Shown: positions 9,226 to 15,097 of the stretch, in pieces
Layout of the letters: each line of letters opens with the position of its first letter
Numbering within the stretch: position 1 is the stretch's first letter
NCBI RefSeq assembly: GCF_040878665.1
Contig: NZ_JBBDLU010000002.1
Coordinates: 100,565-132,564 of the forward strand
Origin: Nitrosopumilus sp.
GTDB lineage: Archaea; Thermoproteota; Nitrososphaeria; Nitrososphaerales; Nitrosopumilaceae
Length of the DNA stretch: 32,000 nucleotides
Reading direction: 5' to 3'
Notes under the pieces: model-generated
Told to the model about the DNA's origin: nothing
Database searches by the model: none
The model's input: the letters and a program-made list of their open reading frames with translations, nothing else
Translations under genes and position numbers: made by a program

Positions 9226-9326
9226 ATTAAAATTAATTTTGTTGTATTATTATAATTTATTTAACAATTTTTTCAATCAATTTATCTTTGTAATTTACTA
9301 TTAATTCAAAATATGTGATATCCAAT

Positions 9327-9557
9327 TCATTCATTTGTATATTCGCGCATTGATGGTTCATTTCTGTTAATCAGATATAGTAAAATCCCTGCTAAACCTA
9401 CGCCCATCCCGCTTATCCCGACAAATGTACCTGTATTTTTAATCAGTCTTAATACTGGCTCTGTTTGACCTAATTCTATTGTGTAAAACAAAATAAGACC
9501 GCTGACAAACATAATTACTCCGATAATGATTACACCAAGCGCCATCTTCATATTCAA
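9327..9557 (-). CDS. Small membrane protein, 2 predicted TM helices (76 aa)
   Basis: Two hydrophobic stretches: ALGVIIIGVIMFVSGLILFYTI and TGTFVGISGMGVGLAGILLYLI. Confidence 0.55.
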   Translation of the reverse strand: MNMKMALGVIIIGVIMFVSGLILFYTIELGQTEPVLRLIKNTGTFVGISGMGVGLAGILLYLINRNEPSMREYTNE

Positions 9558-9708
9558 AGTAGATTTTTCTGATTAATAAATAACAAGAACAACAATACAT
9601 CATTTCATTTAGCCTGATTTTTTGTTTTGACAATTCCAATCAAAAATCTCATTAATTTGTAGTGTTTTTCAGATCTAATCATCTAAAATTCATACATATG
9701 TGAATTTT

Positions 9709-9716
9709 TTTATAAA
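9709..9716 (+). promoter_or_regulatory. TATA-box-like element TTTATAAA upstream of the coiled-coil ORF region
   Basis: A consensus-like archaeal TATA octamer preceded by a T-run. It predicts a transcription start near 9738-9740, about 15 nt before GTG 9755. Confidence 0.35.
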
Positions 9717-10057
9717 GTTATTTTTAGTAGATTAATTTAAAAATAATCGACAAGGTGATTTAATTACAAAATCTATCTCTATCCAAAACCCTATTTGAAA
9801 TAGAGTCTTTAATTACTGATGGGGATGGGGATGTTGGAAGATTATATCATATTTCAGAATCTTTAAAAAACAATCGTTCTCTATATCACTCTGATAAAAT
9901 ATATCTTGAAAAAAAATTACATTCTTCATTTTCTGTTGAAGATGAGCCTGTACAGGAAAATACACTATTACCAAAAATTAAAAATCTAATTGACTCTGGA
10001 ATTGGGGAACCTGGCAGATTACAATACATCTATGATGTTCTTTTAAACAATAAAACT

Positions 10058-11188
10058 TTGTATGATTCTGACTCTCAATACTTGGAGTCAAAATTAAAAA
10101 TCGCAAACCAAGAATTCAAAATTACAAATAAAGAATCACATTTAGAAAATCATGAAATAAATTCTACTCAATTTGATAAGGAAATTATAACTACAACACA
10201 TCCAGTTAAAATTAAAGGCACTCTGTCTAAAGGATGGCATGTAAATGTTGAACCTCAGATAGACGAAATTACTGAAAACATCAAAAATGAACAAAATAAG
10301 ATTGAACAACAACAAAAAATCAATAATGAGATTTTGTTACAACGTAAAAATCTCTCTCAATTAATCACTCATAGACAAGAATACGATGAAAAAATAAAAC
10401 AAGAAAAACTGTCTCTTGAATCTCAGATCAATGAAGAACGCAATAGAATTCAACTTCAAACAAAACTTTCTAATGAAATTATTTTACAAAAAGAAGAGCT
10501 AGTAAAAATAAAACAAGAAAAATTATTCATTGCCAAAAAAATAGAATCAGAAAAAATTAAAATTTCTAGAGACCTATTATTACAAAAAAAGCAACTTGTG
10601 CAGGCACAATTAGAACAGGAAAAAATTGAAAAACAAATACAAAATGAAAAAGAATTGCTAGCACAAATGGCCAATGATCAGAAATCTAGACTTTCAGTAC
10701 AGGCTCAAATTGCGCACGAAATTATATCAAAACAATCTGAATTAGAAAAAACAAAGAAAGATTATGAGTATATTGTTTCACAAGTCAAAGAAGAAAAAGC
10801 AAAGTTTACAGAATCTGAGAAATTAAAAAAATTGATCAAAATCCAAGAACAGGATTTAATCAAAACTAAAAAAGAACGACTTGATCTCATTGATATTATT
10901 ACAAAAGAAAAAGAATTGATTATTAAAAAAACTGAGGAAGAAAAATCAAAATTAAAATCTCAATCTGAATTGGCCAAACAATTGAAAAAAGAGGAAAAAA
11001 TGTATGATACATTAAAGAAAAAACGAGAGAAATTAGAAATTCACATTAAAGCTAAAAATCAAAAACTAAAGGAAAAACAACAAATACTTAAAAATCAAAT
11101 TTTAAAAAAAGATAAAGAATTGAAATTAGTCTCAAAAGTTACAGTGAAAAAATCTGCAAACAAACCTACAATACAAAAAACAAAATAA
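10058..11188 (+). CDS. K/E/Q-rich coiled-coil protein (minimum extent; the reading frame is open upstream to 9764)
   Basis: 376 aa from the track's TTG start. The composition is heptad-like throughout, with degenerate ~40-aa periodicity (NEILLQRKNL / NEIILQKEEL / RDLLLQKKQL / HEIISKQSEL). The TTG start cuts through a conserved motif copy (see findings), so the true 5' end is probably upstream or the gene is damaged. Confidence 0.6.
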   Translation: MYDSDSQYLESKLKIANQEFKITNKESHLENHEINSTQFDKEIITTTHPVKIKGTLSKGWHVNVEPQIDEITENIKNEQNKIEQQQKINNEILLQRKNLSQLITHRQEYDEKIKQEKLSLESQINEERNRIQLQTKLSNEIILQKEELVKIKQEKLFIAKKIESEKIKISRDLLLQKKQLVQAQLEQEKIEKQIQNEKELLAQMANDQKSRLSVQAQIAHEIISKQSELEKTKKDYEYIVSQVKEEKAKFTESEKLKKLIKIQEQDLIKTKKERLDLIDIITKEKELIIKKTEEEKSKLKSQSELAKQLKKEEKMYDTLKKKREKLEIHIKAKNQKLKEKQQILKNQILKKDKELKLVSKVTVKKSANKPTIQKTK

Positions 11189-11347
11189 CTATCTGATTTT
11201 AATTGTAATTTCCTCCTGTTCATTTGGAGATGTCGTTGTTATTGTATTGATATTTTGTTCTTCCTCTTTTTGTTCAATTATTGTTTAAGATTATCATGTT
11301 GTAGTTCAGTCTACATTCCTCATTTCAAGCATATTTTTTGCTTTTTT

Positions 11348-11422
11348 TAGGTGTAAAATCATGTTTAGTAACACCTATTTTGTTATCCAAAGCACTCTAT
11401 TTTCTGGTGTAATGTTTACACC
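11348..11422. repeat. Two hairpin-capable inverted repeats sharing the arms GGTGTAA / ACACC
   Basis: TAGGTGT-N16-ACACCTA at 11348-11377 and GGTGTAA-TGT-TTACACC at 11406-11422, lying 160-235 nt upstream of the 11582 ORF. Confidence 0.5.
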
Positions 11423-11552
11423 TGAATTTTTCATGAATTAACTATTTTTCCAATTCTAATGCTTTGAGGATGAATTCTCTTATACGATCTGAATTTTTTC
11501 AAAGAACTTTAAATTTATCCTGATGAATTATTTTTTTGACTGTTTCATAGCT

Positions 11553-11560
11553 TATATTTA
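11553..11560 (+). promoter_or_regulatory. TATA-like box (TTATATTT) centred ~26 nt upstream of ATG 11582
   Basis: The spacing fits a leaderless transcript that begins at the start codon. Confidence 0.35.
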
Positions 11561-11581
11561 GTAAATATTTTTTACTCACTC

Positions 11582-11959
11582 ATGGCAGTTAAGAAAACAG
11601 GTCTTTTGCTAATAGTTCAAAAAATTATCCAACTTGATTCTAAAATGAGATTTGCCGCCATCATTGATCCTAAAGGTGAGATTAGAGAAGCAATAATGAA
11701 AGCAGGAAAAACAAGTCTAAAAACCCAAAAAGAAGAAGAGCATTTTTGTAAACAAGTTGCTCAAAGACGAGCCATGAGAAAAGAATTCGATAAATCTCTT
11801 GGCAAAGTAAGATATGTTCATGTTGAGAGAGAGAAAGTTTCTCAAATGGTAATTTATACAAAAAGAAATATTGTTTACTTTACTATGGAGCCTGAAATGC
11901 CAATTAATACAAAAATTCGATTAATTACAAAAATCAAAAAAATTACATCTAATCTTTAA
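11582..11959 (+). CDS. Hypothetical basic protein (125 aa), possibly a Roadblock/LC7-like fold
   Basis: ATG ORF. The pattern helix / FAAIIDPKGEI strand / long helix / VRYVHVERE..MVIYT..IVYFTM strands / C-terminal helix resembles the Roadblock/MglB alpha-beta-beta-alpha-beta-beta-alpha order. This is a weak, by-eye inference. Confidence 0.5.
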   Translation: MAVKKTGLLLIVQKIIQLDSKMRFAAIIDPKGEIREAIMKAGKTSLKTQKEEEHFCKQVAQRRAMRKEFDKSLGKVRYVHVEREKVSQMVIYTKRNIVYFTMEPEMPINTKIRLITKIKKITSNL

Positions 11960-11976
11960 TCACAAATTTTTATCTC

Positions 11977-12327
11977 ATGGCTTCTCACAAATATTTTGGT
12001 GATTCTAAAATGTTTGAGTTCGATAAATTTTATCGTGACTGTAAACAACAAAATAAACCGTTTATCAAAGCTAAAATCAATCCTGTCCATAAAAATTATT
12101 TTGTTCAAGTTGATTTAATGACCTGTGATTATAACTTGTCAAAAAAGACTCAAGATGAAATTGATAAATTAATCCACACTGAGATTGATTATGTGAATTT
12201 CAACTCAAAATATGCTTTTGAGGGATATAATATTGATAAAGAAATTGCCTGGTTTGATGGTGTATCTATTGAACACATTGATGATTTTTGTAATGCTCTT
12301 TATGATGTGATTGAAAAACTCCATTAA
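11977..12327 (+). CDS. Hypothetical protein (116 aa)
   Basis: ATG ORF 17 nt after the preceding gene, so probably co-transcribed. No family recognised. Confidence 0.5.
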   Translation: MASHKYFGDSKMFEFDKFYRDCKQQNKPFIKAKINPVHKNYFVQVDLMTCDYNLSKKTQDEIDKLIHTEIDYVNFNSKYAFEGYNIDKEIAWFDGVSIEHIDDFCNALYDVIEKLH

Positions 12328-12530
12328 AATCGAATCAAATTTTTTAATATTTTATCGATTACTTGTATCTCTTCTTTTCTTTCTTTGATTGTATTTTTGT
12401 TCCATTCTTTTGCAAATTCTGACTGTTTGTCTATTTTTTCTAATGTTTCTACATATTTTATTAAATAAATTTTATAGTCGTGTAGTAAATCTAGATGTTT
12501 GTTGTGATTTTTTTCAGTTGGTGTAGCCAT
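12324..12530 (-). CDS. Hypothetical small helical protein (68 aa; shortened from the 109-aa track ORF)
   Basis: The internal ATG at 12530 (MATPTEKNHNKHLDLL...) removes the improbable Arg/Lys-rich N-terminal 41 aa, which overlap the 12514-12747 ORF in another frame. A 17-nt overlap with that upstream gene remains. Confidence 0.45.
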   Translation of the reverse strand: MATPTEKNHNKHLDLLHDYKIYLIKYVETLEKIDKQSEFAKEWNKNTIKERKEEIQVIDKILKNLIRF

Positions 12531-12747
12531 CCCACTCCTCTTTTTTAGTGTCTGGAAACATGTCCCTGATTCGTTTCTTGTCTTTCTCCATCGCATCAAT
12601 TCTATTTTCAAGATGTTCTTTGATGGCAGGCTCGGACTCTTGATTTTTTTCATCTTGAATTTCTGAAATAGTCCTATTCAATGATCTGTAATATGAAATA
12701 TGGTTTTTCTTTGATTCCTCAGTTATATCATCGTCTTTTACATCCAT
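12514..12747 (-). CDS. Small acidic helical protein (77 aa), paralogue of the 17758-17952 ORF
   Basis: ATG ORF. It shares the C-terminal pattern ...K(R/K)I(R/K)(D/E)MFP(D/E)... and an upstream Y-x2-L-x3-I-x2-I segment with the 64-aa ORF at 17758-17952. Confidence 0.5.
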   Translation of the reverse strand: MDVKDDDITEESKKNHISYYRSLNRTISEIQDEKNQESEPAIKEHLENRIDAMEKDKKRIRDMFPDTKKEEWDGYTN

Positions 12748-12801
12748 AGTTGTATAGTTTTTTTTGAAAATAAGTACTTGATTACTGATATCTGTTTACA
12801 C

Positions 12802-12809
12802 TAATATTG
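12802..12809 (+). promoter_or_regulatory. TATA-like box (TAATATTG) centred ~26 nt upstream of ATG 12830
   Basis: The spacing fits a leaderless transcript for the PIN-like gene. Confidence 0.3.
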
Positions 12810-12829
12810 AAATAAAATTAACAAAAAAT

Positions 12830-13105
12830 ATGAAAATTTTGATTGATGAAATGGATGATGGCTGGGATGACAAACTTCGTGAGTTAGGCTATGATGCTTA
12901 CAGTGTAAAAAAATTACGATCTGATGGTCATAAATTAAGGACTGATTATTCTATCATAAGCTTTGCCAAAGAAAATGATATGATTCTTGTAACTCGTGAT
13001 ACTGAAAGTGGACAGGCATGTGAAGAAAATGATTTACCCTATATTTTGCTAGATAATAATGAAATTTTTAAACTAGTTTTAGAAAAACTAAAATCGCTAG
13101 TTTAA
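12830..13105 (+). CDS. PIN-like domain protein of the Mut7-C / DUF5615 type (91 aa), toxin-like
   Basis: MKILIDEM...LRELGYDAYSV...DYSIISFAKENDMILVTRDTE...LPYILLDN follows the conserved layout of Mut7-C/DUF5615 PIN-like domains: an N-terminal hhhhDE, a G(Y/H)D segment, and a hhhT+D acidic motif. Confidence 0.6.
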   Translation: MKILIDEMDDGWDDKLRELGYDAYSVKKLRSDGHKLRTDYSIISFAKENDMILVTRDTESGQACEENDLPYILLDNNEIFKLVLEKLKSLV

Positions 13106-13663
13106 ATTCTTTGAATCTGTATGCATCATTCTTAAATTAGCAAGAATTTCATTTAGAAAATTGCCTTCTTGTTGATGTGTTATATTATCCATAATTGCTT
13201 CCCAACAGTCATTTATCTTTCTAATAATTTGGGAGTACATTTTGTCTTTTTTAAATGTTGGATAATATGAAAGCATTTTCATGATTCCATCTGTTGATTG
13301 CACTATGTGTATTTGATGAATGACTGATCTTAATCTTTGATGAAATGAAAACCCTTCTTCTTTTATGATTTCATCAAAATTCACTATTTCTTCATAAACC
13401 ATTTCTATCTCACTGTGCAAATCTTTGAGTTGATTGTTGACTGATTCAGATAGGTTGATCAGTTCATATTCTATATGTGCTCTACTGTGCACTTTTTTTT
13501 CTATCTCTCCTGCTTCTACTAGTGCACTAATTTCACGATACACTGTTTTTTCATTACCTACTTTTTCTATCACTCTTTTAGCAAGATCCGTACCTCTTGT
13601 TTTGCCATTTTCATTTAGAATTCTGATGATTTCAATTCTGATAATTTCTGAATTTTTATCCAT
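13097..13663 (-). CDS. Putative winged-helix DNA-binding protein with a helical C-terminal domain (188 aa), paralogue of 7684-8262
   Basis: N-terminal wHTH-like segment (IIRILNENGKTRGTDLAKRV...TVYREISALVEAGEIEKKV). The central IVQSTDGIMKMLS resembles LIRTDNGFTILDS in the 192-aa ORF. The 3' end overlaps the PIN-like gene by 9 nt. Confidence 0.55.
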   Translation of the reverse strand: MDKNSEIIRIEIIRILNENGKTRGTDLAKRVIEKVGNEKTVYREISALVEAGEIEKKVHSRAHIEYELINLSESVNNQLKDLHSEIEMVYEEIVNFDEIIKEEGFSFHQRLRSVIHQIHIVQSTDGIMKMLSYYPTFKKDKMYSQIIRKINDCWEAIMDNITHQQEGNFLNEILANLRMMHTDSKNLN

Positions 13664-13679
13664 TATTTTTTCCTACCCT

Positions 13680-13985
13680 TTACGTCTGATATTTTTCTAA
13701 CACTACATTTTGCCCTAATTCGTTAATTTCTTTAACTATTTCTTCTAAAATCTCTATTCCTTTTTTAATTGGCTCTTTTTCTAAATTCTTGTATTCTAAT
13801 TTTTGTTTTAACACCATTTTTTCATTATTTACAAAGCTCAAAAGAGTGACATTTTCACCCATGTTTAGATTTATAAAAAAATCGACATATTCTTGAATTG
13901 TTTTAATTGCCATGTGTGTTATTTTTTTATCCAGTATTTGTTTGAAGTCATACAAATTAAGTTTATTTACAATTTCGATGATCAT
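13680..13985 (-). CDS. Hypothetical protein (101 aa; alternative start ATG 13913 gives 77 aa)
   Basis: ATG ORF 16 nt upstream of the wHTH gene on the same strand, so likely an operon. No family recognised. Confidence 0.45.
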   Translation of the reverse strand: MIIEIVNKLNLYDFKQILDKKITHMAIKTIQEYVDFFINLNMGENVTLLSFVNNEKMVLKQKLEYKNLEKEPIKKGIEILEEIVKEINELGQNVVLEKYQT

Positions 13986-13991
13986 CTAAAT

Positions 13992-14240
13992 GTGGATGCC
14001 TGTGATAGGCGTGTAAATGCCTACAAAAATGGGAAAACCTTTGATCATTGTCGCAATATCGCCGAATCAATGAATCCTGATTTTAAACAACTCATTGAAG
14101 AGAAAGGCAAAGTATTGTGGACTGAGATTCTAGATATGGTAGATCATGATGAAATAATCTATAAACTCACACTAAAATTTTTACGTCGTGATGGTTATGA
14201 TATTGGCAATCATAAAATTCCTGAAGTAAAGAAATTCTAG
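13992..14240 (+). CDS. Hypothetical protein (82 aa from GTG 13992; the track ORF starts at 13893)
   Basis: The first 33 codons of the track ORF (MNCFNCHVCYFFIQYLF...) overlap the divergent gene and look like antisense shadow. The coding-like composition starts around VDACDRRVNAYKNGKTFDHC. The start choice is uncertain. Confidence 0.4.
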   Translation: MDACDRRVNAYKNGKTFDHCRNIAESMNPDFKQLIEEKGKVLWTEILDMVDHDEIIYKLTLKFLRRDGYDIGNHKIPEVKKF

Positions 14241-15061
14241 TTTGGATTTATTTTACAACTTCCATCCGTATTTCGTAATTTTTTTGCCATGATATACGGT
14301 GTCACAAGTAATATTGGTATTGAAATCGCAATGAACAATGTTTGTAACTGTGTTAATGCAATTGATAATGCTATTCCACTTGCGGTTCCAATAAATATTG
14401 ATAAAAATGATCCTGCACATGTTGGACATGCAATGAACAGTCCTGCAATGGCTCCAACACTACTTGCACCTCTGCCTTTCTTAGAGATTGTGTATGCATT
14501 CACAGCAATTGCTGAGTTTAATCCTACCAAGTATGAAACAATAACTTGCAACACCAAATTTATTGGAATTATTTGTAATCCTATATGCTCTGTTAAGTAT
14601 ATGATTATTTTTGGCATATATCCTGGTCCATCACAACATGGGGCGATAAATCCTGATGGGATTGTAGCTCCGTAATGATATGAAAAATTAACTTCAGGTT
14701 GATATACTAGTGTTCCAGAAACCAGTGAAAAAAATATTCCATAACCGATAAATGTAATGACAAAAATTTTACGAGATTTTGAATTCCACGTTGTAAGCGC
14801 GATTATTGAAGATAGATCTTTTCCTTTGTTCTCCACTTTTTCTTTATGATATCTATACATTCCAAAAGCGATGCCTCCAAATGACACTGTTAGAATTATG
14901 TAAAATCCATACGCAATTCTTTGAATAGATTCAATTGCACTAGGTGTTAAAAGCTCTGGATCTTGATATCTTCCATACAGCAAAAAGATAATTGCTATTG
15001 TTACAAATCCTATAATGATTAATTTTTTTCCTTTATTGGTATTTTTGTCTGTTTTAATCAT
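14237..15061 (-). CDS. Integral membrane protein with conserved-looking Cys motifs (CC and CPTC), function unknown (274 aa)
   Basis: About 6 hydrophobic helices. APCCDGPGYMP lies in a loop and FIACPTCAGSFLSIF at a helix start. It sits 36 nt downstream of the CBS::TrkH gene on the same strand. Confidence 0.65.
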   Translation of the reverse strand: MIKTDKNTNKGKKLIIIGFVTIAIIFLLYGRYQDPELLTPSAIESIQRIAYGFYIILTVSFGGIAFGMYRYHKEKVENKGKDLSSIIALTTWNSKSRKIFVITFIGYGIFFSLVSGTLVYQPEVNFSYHYGATIPSGFIAPCCDGPGYMPKIIIYLTEHIGLQIIPINLVLQVIVSYLVGLNSAIAVNAYTISKKGRGASSVGAIAGLFIACPTCAGSFLSIFIGTASGIALSIALTQLQTLFIAISIPILLVTPYIMAKKLRNTDGSCKINPN

Positions 15062-15097
15062 GATTTTGAATTTGTTTTTGCAAAATTAAATCCTGTC

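Noticed and set aside
9042-9230. 62-aa plus-strand ORF inside the 8800-9225 gene; similarly 13434-13700 inside the wHTH gene and 4173-4376 overlapping the 4050-4268 ORF
   Set aside because: These are antisense shadows with Leu/Phe-rich composition. The opposite-strand ORFs are longer and more protein-like.
9439-9639. 66-aa minus-strand ORF overlapping the 9327-9557 membrane-protein ORF
   Set aside because: It is out of frame with, and overlaps, a clean two-TM protein. Its Cys/Tyr/Arg-rich sequence looks non-biological.
11382-11441. A 19-codon minus-strand ORF (MKNSGVNITPENRVLWITK) spanning the second palindrome, considered as a gene remnant
   Set aside because: It is very short, has no recognisable family, and is interrupted by stops in all extensions. 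It is more simply explained as non-coding DNA carrying the inverted repeats.
12531-12653. N-terminal 41 codons of the 109-aa track ORF 12324-12653
   Set aside because: This part overlaps the 12514-12747 ORF in another frame and reads as an improbable basic peptide (MKKIKSPSLPSKNILKIELMRWRKTRNESGTCFQTLKKRSG). The internal ATG at 12530 gives a sensible 68-aa protein.
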